From positions 546 through 64,545 of the forward strand of contig CALFRH010000477.1 of assembly GCA_937919225.1 (NCBI GenBank): a DNA stretch of 64,000 nucleotides, given 5' to 3'. The notes beneath the pieces are model-generated. The model searched no databases, was not told where the DNA came from, and worked only from the letters and a program-made list of their open reading frames with translations. The position numbers and the translations under genes were made by a program. The stretch is from an uncultured Parvularcula sp. (GTDB lineage Bacteria; Pseudomonadota; Alphaproteobacteria; Caulobacterales; Parvularculaceae). Positions 18,447-27,704 of the stretch are shown here, in pieces (position 1 is the stretch's first letter; each line of letters begins with the position of its first letter).

Positions 18447-21203
18447 TTGGCTCAGCATGGCCCCCTCGCGAACGGGAATGGCATGAAGGCACTACGCAAA
18501 TATCTCCGGCTCTCCACGGCGCCGCGCGCCGCCGGAGTCGCTTGCGGCCTGCTGCCCTTCATTGGCACAGCGGCAGCGCAGGCCACGGGCCAGGTCACAG
18601 AAGAAGCGGCAACCGTGGCGGCTGGGGGCTTTTTGTCGGCGCTTGATCCCACATGGGCTGTCACCAGCGGTGCTGTCCTTTTCGCCCTCGCCGCAGGGGT
18701 GTGGGCGTTGCGGGTCTCGCTAGCGGGTCGGTCTGCCACCGTTGATTGGTCCCAGCGCCTGGCGGAGATGGAGGCGCAATATCAGCGCTCTGAGTCTATT
18801 TTGGCGTCGCACCCCGGCTTGGTCCTCGTTTGGGACGATACGTTTGAAGATATTGACCAGGGGTGGGGCAGTCCCAAAGTGCTGGGCGGGACCGCTGCGC
18901 TCGCCTCTCTTTTGACATTTGCATCCGATGACCCTGCGGCCTTTTTGAACCCAGGCGACAGTTTGCTTGGCGCCCTTGGCAATTTACCGGTCGAGGATGA
19001 AGGCGTTGACGGTCGCGCGCCCACTTTGCGGGAAAAAGTGCGAGATCTGCGCGGTCATGGCGTCGCGTTCTCAGGCTCCGTGGTGACCGACGAAGGTCGG
19101 TCCATTGAGGTGGATGGACGTGTGGCGGGGGATCAAGTGACCCTGTGGCTCACCGATCCGGCGGTCCGCCTTGCTGAGGAGGCGGGCGTGGTGGGTCAAG
19201 CGCGGGATAAGGCCGCGGACCTGCATGGGGCGCTAAACCAGCTTGACCGGGCGCCGCTTGCCGCGTGGCGTCGGGGGCCCGATCTGAAGCTTGAATGGGT
19301 CAACAAGTCCTACGTTGAAATGGTCGAAGCGATCAGCTTGCAAGAGGTGGTGGACGATCAATTGGAAATCGATCCCGCCTTCCGCGATCTTGCCGAGAAG
19401 GCGCGGGCAGAAATTCAGCGCACCGGTCGCCGGGCGGTGGACGGCATCATCAAAGTGAATGTGAAGGGCCAGCGGCGGGTGCTGCGAGTCATTGAGGTGC
19501 CGATGCATGGCGCCGGCGAGGCGGGCTTTGGCGGCATGGCCATTGACGTCACCCGCCAGGAACGCGCGCAGGATGATCTGAAGCGCCAGCGGGAGAGCCA
19601 CCGCCGCACCCTTGATCAGCTATCGGCCGCTGTGGCGGTATTCGATAGCGCTCAGTCTCTTGAGTACTACAACCAAGCGTTCCTCGACCTTTGGGCGCTT
19701 GATGACGCAGAACTGAGAGTCCGTCCCTCCCATGCGGAGGTGCTTGATCGGCTGCGCCATTTGGGCAGGTTGCCGGCCCAGGACGATTTTGGGAACTGGA
19801 AACAACATCAGCTACGGCTATACACTGAGGAATATGGTGAGAGCGCTTCCGCGGCGGAGGGGGCCACACCCGACGAGACGTGGAACCTACCGGGCGGGAA
19901 AACCCTCCGGGTACGGCAGCAGCGCCACTCCCTAGGCGGCGTTGCGGTCTTGTTCGAAGATATCACCGAAACCCTTGAGCTTCAGGGGCGGTACCAAACC
20001 CAGATCGGGGTGCAGCGGGCGACCTTGAACAATCTGGCCGAAGCGGTGGCCGTGTTTGGGGCTGATGGTCGCTTGCAGCTCTTTAACCGCTCGTTCGAAG
20101 CCACCTGGTCCTTGTCCCGTGAGGATCTCACCCATCTGCCGCATTTCGATATTCTGCAAGAGGCATTTGTGGACCTCGCTCCCGATGGGGCCGATGCACT
20201 GCAAGAGCTAAAGAACCATGTGGTTTCTCTGTCTCCTGAGGATCGCGCGCCTTTTGTGGGTGACGAATTGGTGTTGAAGGATGGCCGGACGCTTCTATCA
20301 GCGACGTCGCCTTTGCCCGATGGGGCGACGCTGGTGACCTTCCTTGATGTCACGGACAGCCGCGAGCGGGAGAAGGACCTGGCGGCCCGGAACAAGATTT
20401 TGGAGGATGCCGACCGGATCAAATCCCGCTTTGTGGATCATATTTCCTACCAGCTAAGGAACCCTCTCAACACCATTATCGGCTTCACCGAGATGATTGA
20501 AGGGGAAATGGTGGGTGAGCTGAATGATCGGCAGAAGGATTATGCGGCCACGGTGCTGACGGCGTCTAACCATCTTCTCGATCTCATCAACGACATTATT
20601 GATCTCGCCGCCATTGATGCGGGCCGCTTGGGCCTAGACATGGTGGATGTGGATGTCCGCGACTTGCTCGAATCGGCGGCGACCTTTGCGGCTCTCAAGG
20701 CTGAAGATAGTCAGGTGCAGCTGCGGGTGGATTGCCCCAAAGATATCGGCGCCATTAAGGCCGATGAGCGGCGGTTAAAGCAGGTGCTGTTCAACCTCCT
20801 CGCCAATGCGTTCACCTTTACCGAAACGGGCGGTCAAGTGGTCCTCGGTGCCCGGAAGGACGGGGATGCCGTCCGCATCTGGGTTCAGGATACGGGCCGC
20901 GGTGTGTCGCCTACGGATCAAGCAAACGTCTTTGGCCGGTTTGAAAGTGCGGGTCCTGGCGCTGGTGCCGGTCTTGGCCTTGCGCTGGTGAATAGCTTTG
21001 TCGAACTCCATGGGGGTTTGGTGCAGCTATGGTCCCGCGAAGGGGAGGGGACGCTTGTCACCTGCCACTTACCTGTGGGTGGGCCGGTGCAGGGTCTTGA
21101 CTATGAACCGGACGCCGATGGTGAAGATTGGACTGATCCCACCTACCTTCTCGCGCAGGAGGATCTTGACGCCGATAACCACCGGATGACCGCGGCGGAG
21201 TAG
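18447..21203 (+). CDS. divL: DivL PAS-domain pseudo-histidine kinase
   Basis: N-terminal TM, multiple PAS domains, H-box with Tyr in place of His (ISYQLRNPL), HATPase; start uncertain. Confidence 0.88.
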   Translation: MAQHGPLANGNGMKALRKYLRLSTAPRAAGVACGLLPFIGTAAAQATGQVTEEAATVAAGGFLSALDPTWAVTSGAVLFALAAGVWALRVSLAGRSATVDWSQRLAEMEAQYQRSESILASHPGLVLVWDDTFEDIDQGWGSPKVLGGTAALASLLTFASDDPAAFLNPGDSLLGALGNLPVEDEGVDGRAPTLREKVRDLRGHGVAFSGSVVTDEGRSIEVDGRVAGDQVTLWLTDPAVRLAEEAGVVGQARDKAADLHGALNQLDRAPLAAWRRGPDLKLEWVNKSYVEMVEAISLQEVVDDQLEIDPAFRDLAEKARAEIQRTGRRAVDGIIKVNVKGQRRVLRVIEVPMHGAGEAGFGGMAIDVTRQERAQDDLKRQRESHRRTLDQLSAAVAVFDSAQSLEYYNQAFLDLWALDDAELRVRPSHAEVLDRLRHLGRLPAQDDFGNWKQHQLRLYTEEYGESASAAEGATPDETWNLPGGKTLRVRQQRHSLGGVAVLFEDITETLELQGRYQTQIGVQRATLNNLAEAVAVFGADGRLQLFNRSFEATWSLSREDLTHLPHFDILQEAFVDLAPDGADALQELKNHVVSLSPEDRAPFVGDELVLKDGRTLLSATSPLPDGATLVTFLDVTDSREREKDLAARNKILEDADRIKSRFVDHISYQLRNPLNTIIGFTEMIEGEMVGELNDRQKDYAATVLTASNHLLDLINDIIDLAAIDAGRLGLDMVDVDVRDLLESAATFAALKAEDSQVQLRVDCPKDIGAIKADERRLKQVLFNLLANAFTFTETGGQVVLGARKDGDAVRIWVQDTGRGVSPTDQANVFGRFESAGPGAGAGLGLALVNSFVELHGGLVQLWSREGEGTLVTCHLPVGGPVQGLDYEPDADGEDWTDPTYLLAQEDLDADNHRMTAAE

Positions 21204-21273
21204 CGACTGGGCTTTCCCCACCTTCCCCTTGTTTTAGGTGCAGCGCGGCCGCCATCGTGCTATTTGCTATAGG

Positions 21274-21921
21274 ATGATGTCCTTATGGTTTTTGCTTGGC
21301 GCGCTCATCGCTGCTGACCCTTCTGACCCTCCTGCTCCTCGTACCTATGAAGGCTGCGTTGCGGCGGTGGAGGCGGACCCCGGCGCGGGCCGCCATTATG
21401 CAGAAAGCTGGAGCGCTGAGGGCGGCGGGAAGGCGGCCAAGCACTGCGCAGCGATTGCGGCGCTCGCCCTTGGGTCTCCTTTGAGTGCTGGCGCCATGTT
21501 GGTCGATTTAGCAAAAGCCGAGGCGGATCCCGGGGCCGCAGCGCGGCTATCGCTTCAGGCGGCGGAGGCCTTTATGGAGGGCCGCGCGCGCGTCCAAGCC
21601 TTCGACGCTTTGCGGCAAACCTATGACATTGTCCCTGATGCGCCCGATGTGCATATGGCGGCGGCCACAATCTATGCGACGGGCGAGGAGTGGGCGGGGG
21701 TCGTCCTCGCCTTAACGGCATTAGCGCGGCATGCGGACCTTTCAGCAGACGCCTACGCTTTGAGAGCCCGGGCCCATTTTGAGCAAGATGAGATGGACGC
21801 TGCGGCGAAAGATGTGGCGCGAGCCCTGTCGCTCGACCCCTTGATGGTCGACGCCCTCGTCTTACGGGGTAAGCTGACGGAAGCGGGTGTGACCCTGCCT
21901 CAGAATGGTGGGGTAGAGTAG
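21274..21921 (+). CDS. Exported TPR protein
   Basis: Signal-like N-terminus; YEGC..A..W..GG..AKHC; C-terminal TPR repeats. Confidence 0.75.
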   Translation: MMSLWFLLGALIAADPSDPPAPRTYEGCVAAVEADPGAGRHYAESWSAEGGGKAAKHCAAIAALALGSPLSAGAMLVDLAKAEADPGAAARLSLQAAEAFMEGRARVQAFDALRQTYDIVPDAPDVHMAAATIYATGEEWAGVVLALTALARHADLSADAYALRARAHFEQDEMDAAAKDVARALSLDPLMVDALVLRGKLTEAGVTLPQNGGVE

Positions 21922-21935
21922 TTGAGCCCTACACC

Positions 21936-22991
21936 CTACGGACAGGGGTTCGGACAGGCCGCGTGAATAGCATTTACCTTGGCCATGATTTCGTCAGTCC
22001 ACTTAAAATCGACAGAGGCGAAGATCTTATCCAGCTGATCGTCGTTCGAGGCGCCAAAAATGTTGCTGGTGACCCAGGGGCGGGTGGTGACAAATTGCAT
22101 CGCCAGGATGGCAGGGTCAGTTCCCACCTCAGCGGCGAGGTCCACATATTGTTTGATCACGTCTTCTGCCCCTGGGGTTTGGTAGCGGCCGAGGCGTCCA
22201 AACATCTCCCCGCGGGAGCCTGCGGGCTTTGCCCCGCCTAAATATTTCCCCGTCAGCGCGCCTTGGCCGATGGGCGAATAGGGCAGAAGGCCCACCCCCT
22301 CTTCCATGGCGACTTCCGCTAAGCCATATTCGGCGACGCGGTTGGTCAAATTGTAGGCATTCTGCACCGTTACCACCCGGGGTAGGCTGAGTTTATCAGC
22401 GGCCTTGAGGAATTCGAGGGTGCCCCAGGGGGTCTCGTTAGAGAGGCCTAAATGACGGATCTTCCCCTCTTTCACAAAGTCGGCGAGGGTCGACAATTGT
22501 TCTTCGATGGGGACTGCGTCGCTATTGTCAAAGACTTTGAAGCCGTCAATCTCACCGCCAAAGACGCTCAGCCGACGGTCGGGCCAATGGATCTGGTAGA
22601 GATCAATATAGTCCGTCTGAAGACGCTCTAGGGACCCTTCAACTGCCTTGCGAATTTGGGTCGGCGAAACCCGCGTGTTCTCGCCATTGCGTATCCAGGA
22701 CATGGGCGATCGGCCGGCGACTTTCGTGGCGATGATGACCTTGTCCCGGACGCTGCGTTCTTTCATCCAGTTGCCAACGATCCGTTCACTGTCCCCTTGG
22801 GTCTCAGCTTTCGGCGGAATGGTATAGAGTTCGGCCGTGTCGAAGAAGTCGATACCGAATTCGTAGCATCGATCCATTTGGTGAAAGGCGCCCGCCTCGT
22901 CCATTTGATCCCCATACATCATGGTGCCCAGGCAGAGGCTCGGGACGGTGATGTCGGTGCGACCAAGGGGGCGGCGTTCAAGTCCAGTCAT
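21936..22991 (-). CDS. Aldo/keto reductase (Tas-like)
   Basis: LCLGTMMYG, FFDTAELY, DYIDLYQIHWP, GLSNETPWG. Confidence 0.93.
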   Translation of the reverse strand: MTGLERRPLGRTDITVPSLCLGTMMYGDQMDEAGAFHQMDRCYEFGIDFFDTAELYTIPPKAETQGDSERIVGNWMKERSVRDKVIIATKVAGRSPMSWIRNGENTRVSPTQIRKAVEGSLERLQTDYIDLYQIHWPDRRLSVFGGEIDGFKVFDNSDAVPIEEQLSTLADFVKEGKIRHLGLSNETPWGTLEFLKAADKLSLPRVVTVQNAYNLTNRVAEYGLAEVAMEEGVGLLPYSPIGQGALTGKYLGGAKPAGSRGEMFGRLGRYQTPGAEDVIKQYVDLAAEVGTDPAILAMQFVTTRPWVTSNIFGASNDDQLDKIFASVDFKWTDEIMAKVNAIHAACPNPCP

Positions 22992-23117
22992 GGGGTATCC
23001 TTTAGGGCACGCTAAAAAGCTCGATCTGTGGGCTTGCCGCGAACAGCCCCCCCTGCGCAAGTCTTGTGGCTGACTTTGCCGCACCCCATATATAGGCGTC
23101 AGGATAAAGGACAGCGG

Positions 23118-23705
23118 ATGAGCATACGGCGTCATATCATGATGGGTGTGGGCTTTGCGGCCCTCACCTCGGCGGGCATTGGCGTTTATACGGCCCAGCG
23201 GGCGGCGCCTGCCCTGGACGACAATCATATTGTCGTGGTGGACGGCACAGGGGCCGCCGCCGTTGCGGAGGCCGATGAGAGCCCCGAGGCGGCCGATCCC
23301 CACCTTTTGGCGCCCGCCCACAAAAAATGGGCGCTGAGCTTGGCATTGGGGGCTGTTCTGTCGGGACTGGCGGGTCTTATCGGATTTAATGGGCTGTTGA
23401 ATAGCTTAGCCCGGAGCGGGCAGGCCGCGGCAAAGGCCGCTATTGCCGTGGCAAAAGCGCCGGCGAGAGCTGCCAAAACGGCCGCTGTGGCGGTCGCGAA
23501 AACGGTGAAAAAGCCCGGGCAGTACTTGCTCGGCGCATCGCTTGTCACGGTTTGCCTGGTCGCGACGGTGGCGCTTCTAGATATTCAATGGAAGGCAGGC
23601 CTGCTTGTGGGCGCGGGCGCGGCGGTCGCCGGGATGCTGGGCTGGTCGCGGCTCACCGGTCGCAAACAGGATGTGGCGACCGAAGACGCCGCTTTGTTTG
23701 TGTAG
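23118..23705 (+). CDS. Hypothetical Ala-rich membrane protein
   Basis: AAGGA RBS; about four hydrophobic segments; no family recognised. Confidence 0.65.
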   Translation: MSIRRHIMMGVGFAALTSAGIGVYTAQRAAPALDDNHIVVVDGTGAAAVAEADESPEAADPHLLAPAHKKWALSLALGAVLSGLAGLIGFNGLLNSLARSGQAAAKAAIAVAKAPARAAKTAAVAVAKTVKKPGQYLLGASLVTVCLVATVALLDIQWKAGLLVGAGAAVAGMLGWSRLTGRKQDVATEDAALFV

Positions 23706-23809
23706 GAACATGGTTAAGTCGTTGGTAACCATGGTGAATTTACTATAACTTTCCGAAATTGCGACGCGAGTTTGCCCTAATTTGGCCCTACTGGTCCATT
23801 ATCTCTTAT

Positions 23810-23920
23810 CTCACGGTCACCAAACGCTACTCTAACACTTTACCCTCCTGGCCCGACGTCAACGTCGATCAGAATTGCACTTCAAAGCCCCCTTGCTTCC
23901 CCAGCGAGGGGGCTTTGTCA
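23810..23920 (+). ncRNA. Candidate small RNA with anti-SD motif
   Basis: ORF-free; CCCTCCT at 23843-23849; hairpin 23854-23867; terminator-like stem 23883-23917; ends approximate. Confidence 0.4.
23883..23917. terminator. Strong terminator-like hairpin
   Basis: CAAAGCCCCCTTGCT-TCCCC-AGCGAGGGGGCTTTG. Confidence 0.7.
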
Positions 23921-23922
23921 TC

Positions 23923-24023
23923 CTAAAGCATGTCCAGGCCAAGTGTGTACGGTTGGCCGTCCAGAAATGTGAAAGAACAAAGCCTTAAAGCGTCTCCCTG
24001 ATTCCAATTGAGGAGGACCTAAG
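23923..24023 (-). repeat. ~100-bp palindromic dispersed repeat, copy D (diverged)
   Basis: AGCAT..AAGTGT..CGGTT..AACAAAG blocks match the reverse complement of copy B's right arm. Confidence 0.55.
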
Positions 24024-24081
24024 CCCTTTGAGGCGCGGAAGTGGATTGCCAGGGGCAGGCAAGCGGTCCTAAGTCGCCCAT

Positions 24082-24744
24082 ATGGCACCGATTATCTCCC
24101 CCTCCATCCTTTCGGCGGACTTTGCGACCTTGGGCGCTGAGGTTGCGGCTATCGACGCGGCAGGGGCCGACTTCATCCATGTGGATGTGATGGACGGCCA
24201 TTTTGTCCCTAATCTTACGATTGGACCGGGGGTGGTGAAGGCATTGCGACCCCATTCGGCAAAGCCTTTTGACGTCCATCTGATGATTTCGCCGGTGGAC
24301 CCTTATCTTAAGGCGTTTGCAGATGCCGGCGCCAACATTCTATCCGTTCATCCTGAGGCGGGGCCTCACCTGCACCGCACCCTGCAGACCATTGCGGGCT
24401 TTGGGGTCACGCCGGGGGTGGTGTTAAACCCAGGAACCCCTGTGGCGGCCATTGAGCCGGTCTTGGATCTGGTGGGGCTTGTGCTGGTGATGACGGTGAA
24501 CCCTGGGTTCGGGGGCCAGAGTTTTTTGGAAAGCCAACTGCCAAAGATGGAGGCGGTCCGGCGGTTGATTGACGCCACCGGTCGCGACATCCATTTAGAA
24601 GTGGATGGCGGGGTTAATCCGCAAACGGCACAACAGTGCGTCAATGCGGGGGCGACGGCCCTTGTCGCAGGGACGGCAGTGTTTAAAGGTGGCCCATCCG
24701 CTTATGCGGACAATATTGCTGCCCTTAAATCGGCTGGCAGCTGA
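24082..24744 (+). CDS. rpe: Ribulose-phosphate 3-epimerase
   Basis: ISPSILSADF, HVDVMDGHFVPN, MTVNPGFGGQ, EVDGG. Confidence 0.97.
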   Translation: MAPIISPSILSADFATLGAEVAAIDAAGADFIHVDVMDGHFVPNLTIGPGVVKALRPHSAKPFDVHLMISPVDPYLKAFADAGANILSVHPEAGPHLHRTLQTIAGFGVTPGVVLNPGTPVAAIEPVLDLVGLVLVMTVNPGFGGQSFLESQLPKMEAVRRLIDATGRDIHLEVDGGVNPQTAQQCVNAGATALVAGTAVFKGGPSAYADNIAALKSAGS

Positions 24745-24757
24745 CGAAGGTAAGGCG

Positions 24758-26233
24758 ATGCCCCAGGCGCAAACCGGGCGACAACGATTTTATCATGATG
24801 TTCAGCTTCGGGGTCCTATCCCCAGTCGCTTTTTGCATACACCGACGCCCCTAAGGCACCCGCCCGATGCGATGATCGAGGCGGTGTCCACTCTTGCACA
24901 GTCTCCGTCTACTCTGGCTGATGGCCTTACCCCCTACGGATTATTTGACAGTTTTACTTGGCTGCCGGCTTTGGCGCGTGCAGAGGCGGGGGAGCGCTTG
25001 GCGCAGGGCATGATGGCGCTGTGGCTTGAGCGATCAGGCCGCTATCGCCCTAAACCTTGGGCACCGCCGGTGGTCGCAGAGCGGGTTCACCATCTTTTGT
25101 CCCATCTTAGAATGATGGTGGTGGGTCGAGACGCGCCATGGCGGGAGGCGGTGTTTGACAGTCTCGCCCGCCAGGGGCGTCATCTGCGCCGGGTTGAGCA
25201 GCGTGCGGGTGCGGATGAAACAGCCTTGCGGGTCGCGATGGCGCGCGCTCTCATCGCCCTTTGTTTCCCGGATGACCGAACGACGGGGCCGCCGGAAAGC
25301 TCGGCCCTCAATCGGGGTCTTGAAGCAATAGCCGCGGGGCAGGTGCCGCCTTCCTGGAGTAATCCTGAACGGGCCCTTCGCTTTGCTGCGGAAATGGCAA
25401 CCCTTCGCGATGCCTATCGTGCCCGCGCCCTTACCCCGCCCCAAAGCTTGGCGGAGGCGCAAAAGGTCGTCCACCTTTTCGTAGGCGGATGGATTGAAGG
25501 GACCGGCCGCATTGTGCCTTTACCCCTCGGGCAGGCGGGGGACCCCACCCTTTTGGCGACCCTTGATCCGCCCCGACGACACGCATCGGGCCTGCTGCTG
25601 GAGGCTGTGGGTGTTTATCGTCTGGAGGCAGAGGAAACGACCCTTTGGGTGGATGGTCGTGACAAAGGGGGCGCGGCTGGCGCGATGACCCTCTATGCCA
25701 ATGGACGTCCGATTATTGTGAATTGCGGCGCACCATCTTCTTTGAGTGCCGCTCTCATCCCAAAGCTTGCCACGTGGCGGGAGGCCCTCAAAGGACCAGC
25801 CGCGGCCAGCACTCTCGACGCGGACATCAGCGGTGCACCCGTGGCCGAGTGGACAGAGGGCTCCCCGGGTCAAGGGCTGCAGGTGGGGCGGCGGGACGGC
25901 TCCCGCTGGCATAGTCGGCAGATAAGCCTGTCGTCAGATGGACGGGCGGTTGCGGGCACGGATCAAACGGATGGCAATGCGGGAGAGGAGACGTACCGCT
26001 TTCATCTCGCCCCAGAAACGACAATTGCGCGCGAAGCACCAGGGGTTTTCCTGCTGAAAGCGCTGGGGGAGCAGGCGCCGCCATGGCGGCTTGCGATTGA
26101 GACCGAAACGGCACACTCACAAGACGTTGAAAGCGTTTTTGCGGGGATTGATGGACAGGTAGAGCCGAGCCGCCAGATCGTAATTCGTTCCCCCGATGGC
26201 ATACTGGAGTGGTCAATCACCCAAGATGGGTGA
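24758..26233 (+). CDS. Heparinase II/III-like protein (divergent)
   Basis: Position between rpe and purH; FDSFTWL, SLARQGRHL, IIVNCG, RFHLAP. Confidence 0.65.
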   Translation: MPQAQTGRQRFYHDVQLRGPIPSRFLHTPTPLRHPPDAMIEAVSTLAQSPSTLADGLTPYGLFDSFTWLPALARAEAGERLAQGMMALWLERSGRYRPKPWAPPVVAERVHHLLSHLRMMVVGRDAPWREAVFDSLARQGRHLRRVEQRAGADETALRVAMARALIALCFPDDRTTGPPESSALNRGLEAIAAGQVPPSWSNPERALRFAAEMATLRDAYRARALTPPQSLAEAQKVVHLFVGGWIEGTGRIVPLPLGQAGDPTLLATLDPPRRHASGLLLEAVGVYRLEAEETTLWVDGRDKGGAAGAMTLYANGRPIIVNCGAPSSLSAALIPKLATWREALKGPAAASTLDADISGAPVAEWTEGSPGQGLQVGRRDGSRWHSRQISLSSDGRAVAGTDQTDGNAGEETYRFHLAPETTIAREAPGVFLLKALGEQAPPWRLAIETETAHSQDVESVFAGIDGQVEPSRQIVIRSPDGILEWSITQDG

Positions 26234-26320
26234 ACGGCGCGCAAAATGGCGGTGTTGTGTCGCTTTATGGCAATCGTCTTGTTGCCATACATCTCTGTAA
26301 TGCTAGTGTAATTTCTCAAG

Positions 26321-27577
26321 TTGGAGAGCTCAAACCTCGTGCGTTTATTTGACGGTCGACTCCCATTCTTTCGGTCCAGGCGGACGGATCGCGTCACGGC
26401 CCGATTGGCGCCCAGCGATTTGACATCGTTGGAGCTGGACAGCACAGAAATTCTCGACCGTGAACCGCGTCAGACGGATCTCAAACAGGCTGCTCGCTTT
26501 ATTGAAGGCAAAACGGTTCTTATCACCGGTGCCGGCGGTACCATCGGGTCAGAATTGGCCCGTCAGGTGGCGGGGTTTAACCCTGAAACACTGATCCTTG
26601 TCGATAATTCAGAGTTCAATCTCTATGAGGTGGACCTCGAATTGCGCCGGGCGTCGCCAAATATGGCGATTGAAACGCGATTGGTGGATGTTTGTCGGTC
26701 TGAGCATCTGCTGTCCCTATTTGAGGAATTATCTCCCCAAATTGTTCTGCATGCGGCAGCCTATAAGCATGTGCCAATTGTTGAAAAGAACCCATGTCCT
26801 GCGGCGCTGACGAATGTCCTTGGCGCAAAAACCGTTTTCGATGCGGCTGTGGACTATGGCGCTGAGGCGGTGGTGTTCATTTCAACCGATAAGGCGGTCA
26901 ATCCCACAAACTTTATGGGGGCCACCAAGCGGATTGCGGAACTCTATGCCCAGGCACTTGATATTGTGCAAAACGATACGCGGTTCGTCACCGTTCGGTT
27001 CGGGAATGTTTTAGGGTCAACGGGGTCGGTGGCCCCCCTGTTCCAGCGCCAAATTGCGCAAGGCGGGCCAGTCACGGTCACTCACCCAGACGTTCAGCGC
27101 TATTTCATGACAACGCGGGAGGCGGTGCAGCTTGTTCTTCAGGCGGGCTCACTGAGCGATGATTCCCGAAAGGTGATGAGCCATGATGGCCGTATCTTCG
27201 TCCTCGATATGGGCGAACCGGTGAAAATTGTCACCTTGGCGGAGCGGATGATTGAGGCGGCGGGCCTACGTCCCCATGACGATATTCCCATTGTCTATAC
27301 GGGCCTCCGCCCGGGGGAAAAGCTGTTTGAGGAAGTGTTCCACTCCCTTGAGAAGCTTCTCAAAACCGATACGGATGGCATTTTGCTGGCGTCGCCCAGC
27401 ATGATTGACCTACCCTTGCTTGAGCCGCGGCTTGAGGATGTGATCCGTCATGCCAAGGGCTTTGACGTTGCCGCCCTTGAGGATGCGGTCCACCATCTTG
27501 TGCCAGAGTTTCGGCCCCACCCTGGCGGCAACAGCCATTCGGGCGTGGACCAGCCGGCTTGGAAGCAGGCTGAGTAG
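26321..27577 (+). CDS. CapD-like nucleoside-diphosphate sugar 4,6-dehydratase, catalytic domain only
   Basis: TGAGGTIGSEL, HAAAYKHVP, ISTDKAVNP, MGATK, RFGNVLGS, GLRPGEKL. Confidence 0.9.
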   Translation: MESSNLVRLFDGRLPFFRSRRTDRVTARLAPSDLTSLELDSTEILDREPRQTDLKQAARFIEGKTVLITGAGGTIGSELARQVAGFNPETLILVDNSEFNLYEVDLELRRASPNMAIETRLVDVCRSEHLLSLFEELSPQIVLHAAAYKHVPIVEKNPCPAALTNVLGAKTVFDAAVDYGAEAVVFISTDKAVNPTNFMGATKRIAELYAQALDIVQNDTRFVTVRFGNVLGSTGSVAPLFQRQIAQGGPVTVTHPDVQRYFMTTREAVQLVLQAGSLSDDSRKVMSHDGRIFVLDMGEPVKIVTLAERMIEAAGLRPHDDIPIVYTGLRPGEKLFEEVFHSLEKLLKTDTDGILLASPSMIDLPLLEPRLEDVIRHAKGFDVAALEDAVHHLVPEFRPHPGGNSHSGVDQPAWKQAE

Positions 27578-27704
27578 CGTCATCTTCTCAAAAAGACTTG
27601 CAGTTGCGGGGGCGGGCGCCGATAAGCCCAGCCCATCGTAAGCTGTTGACCGTCGCTTAAGCGCCCTCGCGCTCTCTTCCGGCGGGTTTGGATGATAACG
27701 CCCC

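Noticed and set aside
20443-20470. Histidine kinase lacking its phospho-acceptor His, possible pseudogene or novelty
   Set aside because: His-to-Tyr is the established DivL signature
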